Shown: piece after piece, positions 1 to 9,552 of the stretch
Numbering within the stretch: position 1 is the first letter of the stretch
Layout of the letters: the number at the start of each line of letters is the position of its first letter
From: an uncultured Rhodospirillaceae bacterium
Lineage (GTDB): Bacteria; Pseudomonadota; Alphaproteobacteria; UBA6615
Length of the DNA stretch: 64,000 nucleotides
Reading direction: 5' to 3'
NCBI GenBank assembly: GCA_964530225.1
Contig: CAZHBA010000066.1
Location: 1,919 to 65,918 of the forward strand
Position numbers and translations under genes: made by a program
The notes under the pieces: generated by a model
Told to the model about the DNA's origin: nothing
Database searches by the model: none
Seen by the model: only the letters and a program-made list of their open reading frames with translations

Positions 1-1
1 A

Positions 2-1285
2 ATTCGCAAGGGAATCAAGTTCCACGATGGGACCCCGCTGACGTCCGCCGACGTTCTTGCAAGCTTCAACCGGCTAAAGGCGCCAAAAGAAGGCATTATC
101 TCGCCGCGGAAGGCATACTTTGCTTCAGTCGCACATTTTTCCGCGCCGGATCCCTTCACGTTTGTGGTGAAGTTTAGCCAGCCTTTTGCTTTCGGTCTTA
201 ATCTGTTTGCGACGCCTTACAACGCGATTTATGCCAAGCACGATATCGAAAAAGAAGGCAACTGGCATCACAAGAACATTAATGGCACTGGGCCCTTCCG
301 TTTTGTCGAGCATCAGCCGGGCAAAAAATGGGTCGCCAAGAGGTACGAAGATTATCATTTTGACGATGTCTATCTCGACGGCACGATAGCTTACAAAATC
401 AAAAACATCACCGAACCGATGATTGGTGGACAGATCATGGCGGAGATGCGCAGCGTTTCGCCACCGGAGAAAGCCAATCTGCAAAAACGGATGGGTAATA
501 AGGTTGCGTTCCACGAAAAGCCGACCTTGTCGGTTTGGATGGTTACGCTGAACTCTCGTCTGGAGAAATTTAAGGACAAAAGGATTCGGCATGCTTTGAC
601 TTTGTGCCTAGATAGGCATGCCGGTCTTAATGCGCTTTCCAAAATTACTGTAACGACCCGGCGCACCGGCTACATGTTGTTCGGCACGCAATTCGCTCAA
701 GATGATTCCGAGCTCGACAAACAGATAGGCTTCTCGCCGGACATCAAGGCAAGCCGTGCCAAGGCGCGTCAGTTGCTCAAGGAAGCTGGTGCCGAAGGGC
801 TCGAGTTTGGATACAGCAATCGCGGTGTGGCCCATCCATACGACCAGATTGGTATTTGGCTTATGGATAACTGGAAAAAGTGCGGCCTAAAGCCAACAAT
901 GGAAACCAATCCTACGGCTAAATACAAAAGTAAGCGGACCAAGGGTGGTTTCGATGCCACGATCGACTGGAATGCGAGCTTCTTGCCGCATCCGATGTTG
1001 ATGCTCAGTAAGTACCAGTCTTACAGCTTTAATCCGCTGAACTACTCGTTTAAGGAAAATCCGGAAGTCGACAAGCTGTATAAGGCCATGAACGCAGAAA
1101 TGGATCCTGCAAAGCTGAAAAAGATGGCGGCTAAAATCGAGAATATGGTTCTTGATGATGCCTGGTTCCTTCCTCTCGGGTATTTTGCCAGGTCGGTGCC
1201 AATGCTTTCTAAGATTAAGGGATACCACATCACCTTTACGCACGCTGCCAACAACGATTGGCGTGGAATGTGGATCGACGAGTAA
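2..1285 (+). CDS. ABC transporter substrate-binding protein, family 5 (dipeptide/oligopeptide/nickel type); 5'-truncated by the window edge
   Basis: Frame open from base 2: IRKGIKFHDGTPLTSADV (SBP family 5 signature), NGTGPFRF, KARQLLKEAG; followed by ATPase and permease genes. Confidence 0.9.
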   Translation: MRKGIKFHDGTPLTSADVLASFNRLKAPKEGIISPRKAYFASVAHFSAPDPFTFVVKFSQPFAFGLNLFATPYNAIYAKHDIEKEGNWHHKNINGTGPFRFVEHQPGKKWVAKRYEDYHFDDVYLDGTIAYKIKNITEPMIGGQIMAEMRSVSPPEKANLQKRMGNKVAFHEKPTLSVWMVTLNSRLEKFKDKRIRHALTLCLDRHAGLNALSKITVTTRRTGYMLFGTQFAQDDSELDKQIGFSPDIKASRAKARQLLKEAGAEGLEFGYSNRGVAHPYDQIGIWLMDNWKKCGLKPTMETNPTAKYKSKRTKGGFDATIDWNASFLPHPMLMLSKYQSYSFNPLNYSFKENPEVDKLYKAMNAEMDPAKLKKMAAKIENMVLDDAWFLPLGYFARSVPMLSKIKGYHITFTHAANNDWRGMWIDE

Positions 1286-1293
1286 GGGACGTC

Positions 1294-1329
1294 AAAGGGG
1301 GGCTGGTAGAATATCTGCCAGCCCTTTTT
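1294..1329 (+). terminator. Intrinsic terminator / stem-loop after the SBP gene
   Basis: GGGCTGGTAGA-ATA-TCTGCCAGCCC followed by TTTTT, starting 9 nt after the SBP stop. Confidence 0.75.
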
Positions 1330-1427
1330 GGCTAACTCATTATTCATAAAGAGAAATTTGGAAGCTGAGGTTAGGGCAGCTTGCTCTGGCTTTTTGGTTG
1401 CCAGATAGCGTTAAGATCGTTTGGGTG

Positions 1428-3473
1428 ATGTCTGATAATATCATGTCCGAAAATGAAGTCCTGCTCGATGTCGAGGATCTCGGCGTTGAGTTCCGCACAG
1501 CAGCTGGCGTTGTCAGAGCTGTCGATGGGGTAAGTTTTCAAGTTCGCCGTGGAGAATTTTTGGCCATCGTGGGCGAATCCGGCTGCGGAAAATCGGTCAC
1601 GGCTCTCTCCTTAATGAGATTGCTGCCCAAGAAAACCGCAGATGTTAACGCCAAAAAAATAAATTTCGATGGCTTGGATCTAAGCACGTTGCCGGAACCG
1701 GAAATGCGGGCCTTACGGGGACGCCATATTTCCATGATTTTCCAAGAGCCGATGACAAGTTTGAATCCCGTTCTGACAATTGGAGACCAACTTACGGAGC
1801 CGCTGATTACGCATCTTGAAATGGGACGCGCGGACGCTAAACAGCGGGCGGTAGAGCTGCTAAATATGGTGGGCATTCCAGATGCTGCCAGGCGCCTGCG
1901 TCAATATCCGCATCAATTCTCTGGCGGAATGAGGCAGCGGGCGATGATCGCGATCGGCCTGGCATGTGAGCCGAAACTGATAATTGCCGATGAGCCGACG
2001 ACGGCATTGGATGTGACAATCCAGGCGCAAATTTTGGAATTGCTGAAAGACATATCCGAGCGCTTGGGCATCGCGGTCATATTGATAACCCATAATTTGG
2101 GCGTGGTTGCGGCTTACGCGGACCGGGTCAATGTGATGTACGCCGCGAGGGTAATCGAGCGGGGGCCGGCCGAGGTGATTTTTAGAACGCCAGCACACCC
2201 CTATACGGTCGGATTGATGCGGTCCGTTCCTCGATTGGACAAGCCGCGCGTCGGTAGACTGGCTACAATTGAAGGAATGCCGCCCAACCTTCTTGCGCCG
2301 CCTTCTGGATGTCGATTTAGAGACCGGTGTCCGATCGTCGATGCGGCGTGTGAGAAGGAACCCCCCACAAGCCAAATTTCTGGTCTCGATGGTGGGCACA
2401 CGGTTGCTTGTTGGCTTTCCGACCATGTTTTGGATAACGCGGAAACTTTATATGGCTCTGAAACCGCTATAGCAGCAGGGCGCGTTGAGCACGGCGAAAA
2501 TGTTTTGCTGAGCGTAGATGGATTAAAGCAATACTTTAAAATTTCCATCCGCGAGGGTTTGAAAACCCACAAAATAGATATTAAGGCCGTCGACGATATC
2601 TCGTTTGATGTCCGTGCGGGCGAGACTGTCGGATTGGTGGGGGAATCGGGATGTGGAAAAACATCCGCGGGAAGAGCGATCCTGCATTTAAATAATCCGA
2701 CAGAAGGTCAGATAGAATTCGACGGAACCCTTCTCAACGGAGGAAACATTGCGGCTGTGCGCCGAGATATGCAGGTAATCTTTCAGGATCCCTTCTCGTC
2801 TCTTAATCCGCGGATGAAGATAGGTCAGATTCTTGGAGAACCTCTGAAGGTGCATGGCTTAAGAGACGGAAAAAAAGCACGACTGAGTCGGGTTTCGGAA
2901 CTTCTCGTCCAGGTAGGCTTGTACCCATATATGGCCGACCGCTACCCGCACGAGTTGTCAGGCGGTCAGCGGCAGCGGGTGGGAATTGCACGCGCGCTCG
3001 CGTTAGAGCCAAGGATGATCATCTGCGATGAACCGGTGTCGGCACTCGATGTTTCGGTGCAGGCGCAAATTATGAATCTGCTTGAAGACTTGCAGCGAAA
3101 TTTGCGGCTCGCTTACGTATTTATTGCGCACGACCTCGCCGTTGTTCGTCACATTTCCCATAGAGTAATCGTTATGTATTTGGGTAAAGTGATGGAAGTT
3201 GGAGAAGGGGATTCGCTTTATGAAAATCCGCAACATCCTTACACAAAGGCATTGCTGGATGCCGCACCGGTCCCAGATCCGCAAATCGAGCGCCGCCGCA
3301 AGCGTACTATTCTCGAAGGCGATATCCCTTCGCCGCTTAATCCCCCCAGCGGATGTGTCTTTTCCACGCGGTGCCCCGAAGCATCTAATGAATGTAAGGG
3401 CGTCGTACCAGCGCTTAATGCGTTTTGCGACGATCACTCGGTTGCATGTATTAAAACAGGAAGCGCTATCTAG
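1428..3473 (+). CDS. Fused DppD/DppF-type ABC transporter ATP-binding protein (two NBDs)
   Basis: Two GESGCGK Walker A motifs, FSGGMRQR and LSGGQRQR signatures, two oligo_HPY tails (HPYT...GCxFxxRCP); start 1428 or 1443. Confidence 0.93.
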   Translation: MSDNIMSENEVLLDVEDLGVEFRTAAGVVRAVDGVSFQVRRGEFLAIVGESGCGKSVTALSLMRLLPKKTADVNAKKINFDGLDLSTLPEPEMRALRGRHISMIFQEPMTSLNPVLTIGDQLTEPLITHLEMGRADAKQRAVELLNMVGIPDAARRLRQYPHQFSGGMRQRAMIAIGLACEPKLIIADEPTTALDVTIQAQILELLKDISERLGIAVILITHNLGVVAAYADRVNVMYAARVIERGPAEVIFRTPAHPYTVGLMRSVPRLDKPRVGRLATIEGMPPNLLAPPSGCRFRDRCPIVDAACEKEPPTSQISGLDGGHTVACWLSDHVLDNAETLYGSETAIAAGRVEHGENVLLSVDGLKQYFKISIREGLKTHKIDIKAVDDISFDVRAGETVGLVGESGCGKTSAGRAILHLNNPTEGQIEFDGTLLNGGNIAAVRRDMQVIFQDPFSSLNPRMKIGQILGEPLKVHGLRDGKKARLSRVSELLVQVGLYPYMADRYPHELSGGQRQRVGIARALALEPRMIICDEPVSALDVSVQAQIMNLLEDLQRNLRLAYVFIAHDLAVVRHISHRVIVMYLGKVMEVGEGDSLYENPQHPYTKALLDAAPVPDPQIERRRKRTILEGDIPSPLNPPSGCVFSTRCPEASNECKGVVPALNAFCDDHSVACIKTGSAI

Positions 3474-4430
3474 ATGCTGCAATATACGGTTCATCGACTG
3501 CTTCTAGTTATTCCAACACTCATTGCTGTCGCAATGTTGGTATTTTTTTTGGTCCGAGTGGTACCGGGAGATGTTATCGAAGTTAAGCTAACGGGAGAGT
3601 TTGGCGACGTAACTCCAGAGCAGATCTACAAGGAGAGAGTGCGTTTAGGCCTGGAGGACCCTCTGTCCATCCAGTTCGTAAAATTTATGGTCGGCCTGCC
3701 GCAAGGCGATCTTGGTATATCGTTGGTGACCGAGCGGCCAGTTATGCACGAAATCGGTGGACGTATTGGTATATCAATCGAATTAGCTGCCTATGCAACG
3801 ATTTTATCGGTGCTGATAGCATTCCCGCTTGGAACCCTTGCCGCTTTATACCGGGGCAGTTGGTTTGATTATTTAATAAGGATTGTCACTATAGGGGGGC
3901 TTGCTGTTCCATCGTTTTGGTTCGGCATGCTCATCATAATGGCGCTACTGGCGTTTGTCGGAACGCTGCCCTCGTTAGACACGAAGAGTATTTTCGAGGA
4001 GCCTTTGGCGAATCTCTACACTCTCCTCTGGCCGGCGTTGAGCGTGGGATACCGATACGCTGCGGTCACGGCGCGTATGCTTAGATCGTCAATTTTGGAG
4101 GTTTTGTCGGAAGATTACATTCGGACCGCCAGGGCAAAAGGCCTGTTCGAGCGCGTTGTGATCGTCAAACACGGTCTCCGAAATGCTCTACTTCCCACGG
4201 TGACAGTTGTTGGGTTGGAGTTTGCGTTCCTGATCGGCGGGTTGGTGGTGACCGAACAGGTCTTCAATATAAATGGAATTGGCAAACTATTTGTCGAGGC
4301 AGTGCAATTCAATGATCTGACGATGTTGCAGGGTCTTGTTCTTGTGGTCGCCACAAGCTTCGTGTTGATCAATGTCGTAGTGGACCTGCTGTATGCCACT
4401 CTCGATCCACGCATTAGATATAACGGGTAG
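3474..4430 (+). CDS. ABC transporter permease (DppB/OppB-like)
   Basis: EDYIRTARAKGL EAA loop, multiple TM helices, C-terminal DPRIR. Confidence 0.93.
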   Translation: MLQYTVHRLLLVIPTLIAVAMLVFFLVRVVPGDVIEVKLTGEFGDVTPEQIYKERVRLGLEDPLSIQFVKFMVGLPQGDLGISLVTERPVMHEIGGRIGISIELAAYATILSVLIAFPLGTLAALYRGSWFDYLIRIVTIGGLAVPSFWFGMLIIMALLAFVGTLPSLDTKSIFEEPLANLYTLLWPALSVGYRYAAVTARMLRSSILEVLSEDYIRTARAKGLFERVVIVKHGLRNALLPTVTVVGLEFAFLIGGLVVTEQVFNINGIGKLFVEAVQFNDLTMLQGLVLVVATSFVLINVVVDLLYATLDPRIRYNG

Positions 4431-4435
4431 AAAAA

Positions 4436-5398
4436 ATGGCACGGACAGCGATAACCGGTGCTGCGTCCGCAATAGCCGAAAATTTTGCTAGATCGGGTGA
4501 GACGGGCGGTCTTGCAGCCGGGTTTGCGGGTACACGCAGGCGGACTATCGTTGACTTTGTAATTCAACAGCCCTTGGGTGTGATCGGGCTTGTTATCATC
4601 GTAACTTTGTTCTTTGCGGCGATATTTGCCTCCACCGTCGCGCCTTATGATCCTGAAGCTGTTGATTTTATGGCGTCGCCAGCTCTCGGTGCTGGCCAGC
4701 CATCGAGTGAGCATTTATTGGGGGCGGATGCATTTGGCAGAGATATATTATCGCGTCTTATCTTCGGTGCCAGAACCGCGCTGTCTATTGGTTTCTTCTC
4801 GGCGTTTATTGGCTGCTCATTGGGAGCAATCATCGGCAGTGTGTCGGCATTTTGGGGGGGAAGGGCTGATATCTTTATTCAGCGGGCTATTGACCTCATG
4901 CTGTCGTTCCCCATCATCGTATTAGCTATTCTCGTTATCGCAATCGTCCCGAAAAACGTCGTATTTGGTATCGATATCAATGTCATCATCGCAATTTCAA
5001 TTCCGTTTATTCCCAAATGCGCGCGCGTCATCCGTTCGGCGGCATTAAGTATTGTTACGTTGGCGTACATAGATGCGGCAAAGGCGGCGGGTTATAGCGA
5101 ACGCCGCATCATATTTCGGCACATTCTCCCCAACGTCGTTGCGCCCTATTTAATTCTTATCACCGCCTATATCGGGCAGGCGATCTTGTTGGAAGCGAGT
5201 TTGTCGTTTCTTGGTTTGGGCGTGGTCGAGCCGACACCCTCTTGGGGCTTGATGCTTGCCGGCGTTAACTCAGACTATTACCTAACGGCGCCCTGGATGA
5301 TTATTTTTCCAGGTCTGGCTGTTACGCTGGCCGTTTTTGCATTCAATCTTCTAGGCGATAGTATGCGCGATTGGCTCGATCCAAAATTGAAGATCTAA
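4436..5398 (+). CDS. ABC transporter permease (DppC/OppC-like)
   Basis: HLLGADAFGRDILSR, EASLSFLGLG, PSWGLML, NLLGDSMRDWLDP. Confidence 0.93.
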   Translation: MARTAITGAASAIAENFARSGETGGLAAGFAGTRRRTIVDFVIQQPLGVIGLVIIVTLFFAAIFASTVAPYDPEAVDFMASPALGAGQPSSEHLLGADAFGRDILSRLIFGARTALSIGFFSAFIGCSLGAIIGSVSAFWGGRADIFIQRAIDLMLSFPIIVLAILVIAIVPKNVVFGIDINVIIAISIPFIPKCARVIRSAALSIVTLAYIDAAKAAGYSERRIIFRHILPNVVAPYLILITAYIGQAILLEASLSFLGLGVVEPTPSWGLMLAGVNSDYYLTAPWMIIFPGLAVTLAVFAFNLLGDSMRDWLDPKLKI

Positions 5399-5426
5399 AG
5401 AGCCCGTCCCGTTGAAGTATTCAGTT

Positions 5427-6314
5427 TTAAACTGGTGGAAAATTAAACAGCTCGGCTGGATTTTCCACAAAGACCTGATACCTAATTTTTTCGTCTGGTA
5501 TCCACCCCAGGACCATGTCCAGCAGAGCGACGTCATTGGGCATCGGTTTGAAGTACTGCGGGTGGGGCCAATCCGAACCCCATAACAACCGGTTTGGCGC
5601 TGTTTCGGTCAGCTTTGTTATGAACGGATAAGTATCGGCGAACGGGAAGTCTTCTTCAGCAGAAAAGCGCGGCGACAGTTTTACCCAGCATCTTCCGGTG
5701 TCGAGGCTTTTAAGAACGAAACCGAATTCAGCGCTATCAGCTCCCTTTTCCGCCGTTGGATATCCGGTGTGTTCCAAAACGAAGTTTCCCGGGGTGTTAA
5801 GTATCGCTTGTGCCCAGCCCTCTTGCAGGTCGGCGGTGCGAACTAGGTAATGGATCGACCAGCCAAAATCGCATAGCCGGTCTATCATTTTGGTATTGAG
5901 ACTCTTTTCGGTCCGCCATGAAAATCTCACGCCGACGATCCCAAGGTCGGTTAATAGCAGCAGTTCCCTGTCAGTTATTTCATCCCACGGCATCGTAATG
6001 ACGGATCTAAGTCTGTCCGGATACCGGCACTGCGCGTGGACCGCTATTTCATAATTTCGTTCGTACATCATCGACTGGACATGGAGACCGCGGGTTAGCC
6101 CAAGTCCGGCTTGCATCTTTTCCCAATCGGGGAATGTCGTGTCTTCAAACTGCAAATGGCTGAATACGTGCCCGTTCTTTAAGGGAAATTGGCTTTGTGG
6201 GCCGATAAAATGGAAATGACAGTCGCACGCCCCCGGCGGCAAAGTCAGTGTTGGCTTCGGGTAGGTGCGGTCGATCTTCGGAGAAAATGGCAGTTTCTGA
6301 GTTTCATCTTCCAT
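5427..6314 (-). CDS. Amidohydrolase family 2 protein (LigI / 2-pyrone-4,6-dicarboxylate lactonase-like)
   Basis: GACDCHFH (HxH), GVRF, WVKLS, RLLWGSDWPHP, VENPAELF. Confidence 0.8.
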   Translation of the reverse strand: MEDETQKLPFSPKIDRTYPKPTLTLPPGACDCHFHFIGPQSQFPLKNGHVFSHLQFEDTTFPDWEKMQAGLGLTRGLHVQSMMYERNYEIAVHAQCRYPDRLRSVITMPWDEITDRELLLLTDLGIVGVRFSWRTEKSLNTKMIDRLCDFGWSIHYLVRTADLQEGWAQAILNTPGNFVLEHTGYPTAEKGADSAEFGFVLKSLDTGRCWVKLSPRFSAEEDFPFADTYPFITKLTETAPNRLLWGSDWPHPQYFKPMPNDVALLDMVLGWIPDEKIRYQVFVENPAELFNFPPV

Positions 6315-6349
6315 GTCAAAACCATCTGTGCGTATCGTGAATTTGATGG

Positions 6350-8002
6350 TCAGGTCGCATAACTTGCGAACCGGACCGTTTGGGCGCGCGCTCTGAAGTC
6401 GGTCTTAACATTCACGACTGCCACACGGCCACGGTTGACTTCGGCCTGTGCTCGGTTCAAGGCCGGAATAATTTCATCGACGGTGTCGATATATTCTCCG
6501 TAACAGCCCAGTGCCTCTGCGATCTTCTCATATCGCATATAGCCAAGGTCGCGGCCGGCTTTGACCCCGTCCGGGTCTGCGGTCCAGCCCCCGTTAAGGC
6601 TTATAACCACTAAAACCGGAATGTTGTGACGGACGGCGGTATCGAGTTCCATGGCGTTCAAGTCCATGGAACCGTCGCCATGGAGTACGACAACTTGTTT
6701 ATCCGGTTTGGCGAGCTTCGCACCGAGGCCAAAGGGTAGTCCTACGCCCATGGTTCCAAACGGACCCGAGTTAAGTCGGTGGCCGGGTTCGAATGTGGGG
6801 ATCCATTGGCGCCCATAATTTAAAATTTCCTGACCATCAACGACAAGGATGGCGTCGCGGTTCAAAAAGTGTTTGATCCCATCACACAGCTGCAAGGGGT
6901 GGATAGGGTCGCCTTCTGGAGGTGTGTTAGAGCTGGGTTTTTGGCGCTTTTCCGCAGCCCCATTCTCAAGTTCGCCATGCCAGTCGGCAAAGCGTTGGGG
7001 GTTGGCGTCTTTCGGAAAGTTCTCGATTAATTGCTGGAGTACTGCTTTGCAGTCGCCGACAAGACCGATATCGACGTGCCGCGGCGATGAGGCAATGTCT
7101 TCGGCATCGATATCTATTCTGGCGATTTTTGCTGACGCGTTAAAGCGTGGGGGCGCGACGTGCCCGACGATATAGTTTAAACGCGTGCCAACGACGATAA
7201 TTAAATCGGCCTCACGGAATGCCATGGAGCGCATGGTCAGCCATGAGTACTTGTGATCGTCGGGTAAAACGCCGCGGCCTTGAGGGGTTGTGAAAAAGGG
7301 GATACCCGTCGTTTCAACCAAGCTGGCTAGTTCATCCCAGGCGCGTGACCAAATGACACCACTGCCTGTGAGTAGAAGAGGTTTCTGGGAATTTTGAATT
7401 GCTTTTGTGAGTTCCCTAACTTTTAGCGGATCAGCAGGGGGCCGATGCTGCAGTATCGGCTTGCCGGATTTCTCCCACTTAATTTCGCCTTCATCGATGC
7501 TTTCGTGCAGCAGGTCTCCGGGAAAGTCGAGATAGACCGGACCGGGTTTTCCCGACATCGCGATTTCGAAGGCATTATGAACTTGTTCGGGGATCCGCGA
7601 TAACTTGTAAACGCGCTCAGAATGTTTGGTCATCGGCTCCATGATCGCGATTTGGTCGATATCCTGGAACGCACCACGGCCGTATGTCGAAACCGAACTA
7701 TCGCCGCCGCAAATTACCATGGGCGCACAATCGATAAAGGCGTTGGCGATTCCGGTGCACAGATTTATGACACCGGGCCCGCTTGCCGCCATGCAAACAC
7801 TTGGTTTTTGTGTCAGCCGGCCCCAGGCATTTCCCATCATTGCGGCGGCCTGCTCGTGGCGCACATCTATGGGATTTATTCCCTCCTTTATGCAAAGTCC
7901 CTCGGCTTCGATCATGGGGCCGCCCATTAAAAAGAAGAGATGTTTAGTCCCTTCGTTTTTCAGGGATTTTGCTAAGATTTCTGATCCCGATAACATCGAC
8001 AT
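6350..8002 (-). CDS. ThDP-dependent enzyme, 2-hydroxyacyl-CoA lyase / oxalyl-CoA decarboxylase-like
   Basis: DVRHEQAAA (catalytic Glu), GPVYLDFP, GTMGVGLP, GDG...N ThDP-binding motif; adjacent to a CoA-transferase III gene. Confidence 0.8.
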   Translation of the reverse strand: MSMLSGSEILAKSLKNEGTKHLFFLMGGPMIEAEGLCIKEGINPIDVRHEQAAAMMGNAWGRLTQKPSVCMAASGPGVINLCTGIANAFIDCAPMVICGGDSSVSTYGRGAFQDIDQIAIMEPMTKHSERVYKLSRIPEQVHNAFEIAMSGKPGPVYLDFPGDLLHESIDEGEIKWEKSGKPILQHRPPADPLKVRELTKAIQNSQKPLLLTGSGVIWSRAWDELASLVETTGIPFFTTPQGRGVLPDDHKYSWLTMRSMAFREADLIIVVGTRLNYIVGHVAPPRFNASAKIARIDIDAEDIASSPRHVDIGLVGDCKAVLQQLIENFPKDANPQRFADWHGELENGAAEKRQKPSSNTPPEGDPIHPLQLCDGIKHFLNRDAILVVDGQEILNYGRQWIPTFEPGHRLNSGPFGTMGVGLPFGLGAKLAKPDKQVVVLHGDGSMDLNAMELDTAVRHNIPVLVVISLNGGWTADPDGVKAGRDLGYMRYEKIAEALGCYGEYIDTVDEIIPALNRAQAEVNRGRVAVVNVKTDFRARAQTVRFASYAT

Positions 8003-8077
8003 TTCGTACCTTTATTATTTTTGGTGAGGGGCATTTAATCGCTAGCCATAGGGATTGGCTGCTGGGAGGCGGTGTTG

Positions 8078-9334
8078 TTAGATGACCCCATCACTTTGAT
8101 ATTTCGAAATTTGTTCCGGGCTAAGATCTAGCCAGTTGCCAAGCACTTCACTGGCATTTTCACCGACAAGGGGGGCCGGCTTGATGCGCGCGAAGGCGCC
8201 ATCATGCCTCACTGGCCACCCAACCATCTTGATAGTTCCCAGGGTGGGATGGTCTATAGTCTGTATCAGACCCCGATTTTGAAAGTCGGGATCGTTCATA
8301 AGGTCCTGAGTATCCCGCACGTCGCCGACTGGGATCTTTGCTTCGCCGATGATGTCCATGGCCTCCTTCTTGGTGCGAGTCATAGTCCATTCGGAAATTA
8401 TCGCGTTGACCTCGTCCTCTCTTTCGACGCGGGCTTGTTGCGAGATAAATCGCGGGTCACCCTTTAAATCGGGCCGGCCGATTATGTCCAACAGGCGCTG
8501 AAACTGTTCCGGCACGCCAGGATGGCAATATAAGATGACGAAATCATTGGGGCCGTCGCCCTTCGTTGGAAAGACCCCTTGGGGCACCGTTGTACCGTTG
8601 ACGCCCTTGGCGCCGTGCCGGCCACAAGCATTGCCCGTATGCTGGGTGTATGCCCATGCCAGTCGAATGTACGACATGCAAGAATCTTGCATGGCGACCT
8701 GCACGCGTTGACCCTGGCCTGTCCGGGCCGCGCGGTATAGCGCAGAAAGAATACTGATGGTTAGCGTCATGCCTGTCCCGGTGTCGCCGATACCAGGTCC
8801 GGGCTTGCACGGTTGACCGCCACGCTCGCCGGTAACGCTTAGAATGCCGCCAACCGCTTGAGCAATAGGGTCGTAGGACAAAAAGTTCTCGTATTCGCCG
8901 CCTTCGCCAAAACCTTTTACCTGGGCGTAAATCAGCTTCGGATTAATTTTTTCGGCGACGTCATATCCAAGACCCAGGCGATCAATGGTGCCGGGTGAAA
9001 GATTTTCGACAAAGATGTCAGCTTTTTCTATGAGCTGCTTTAGGAGCGTCAGCCCGTCTGGTGATTTGATATCCAGAGTAAGCGATTTTTTATTGGCATT
9101 GAACTGACAAAAGTACCAACTGTCTTTATCGGCATCGACCCGAGCGTACCCATACCGGGCCGGCTCCCCGTTCCCTGGCCGCTCGATCTTGACAACCTCC
9201 GCGCCAAGCCAAGCAAGAGCCTCCGTGCATGAGGGCCCAGCCTCATATTGGCTAAGGTCAACCACACGAACACCCTCTAAACAGCCGATTTCTGCGGTGT
9301 GTTGCTCGTGCCCGTTTGTATTGTTATCTGACAA
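8078..9334 (-). CDS. CoA-transferase family III (formyl-CoA transferase / CaiB-like)
   Basis: LEGVRVVDL..AGP.C...LAWLGAEVVKIERP, NANKKSLTLD, GDTGTG catalytic Asp; TTG start at 9334 with GGGGAG RBS. Confidence 0.88.
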   Translation of the reverse strand: MSDNNTNGHEQHTAEIGCLEGVRVVDLSQYEAGPSCTEALAWLGAEVVKIERPGNGEPARYGYARVDADKDSWYFCQFNANKKSLTLDIKSPDGLTLLKQLIEKADIFVENLSPGTIDRLGLGYDVAEKINPKLIYAQVKGFGEGGEYENFLSYDPIAQAVGGILSVTGERGGQPCKPGPGIGDTGTGMTLTISILSALYRAARTGQGQRVQVAMQDSCMSYIRLAWAYTQHTGNACGRHGAKGVNGTTVPQGVFPTKGDGPNDFVILYCHPGVPEQFQRLLDIIGRPDLKGDPRFISQQARVEREDEVNAIISEWTMTRTKKEAMDIIGEAKIPVGDVRDTQDLMNDPDFQNRGLIQTIDHPTLGTIKMVGWPVRHDGAFARIKPAPLVGENASEVLGNWLDLSPEQISKYQSDGVI

Positions 9335-9552
9335 GATGATCTCCCCGCGCCATTTTTTCTTATTCAACGTTTTTGATAACGTTGTTTGCACAGTGTGCAA
9401 GCATGGTCCACAGAGGTAAAGCCCAGCAGATCCAAATAGCCACGAAAGCGCCTTGCAAACTCGATGAAAGTCTTTGTTAAACAGGGAGTTCCGACAGAGG
9501 TGGGTTCGCTCGAGACAGCGTTCACCACCAATTTTCCGATTGGAATTCCCGA

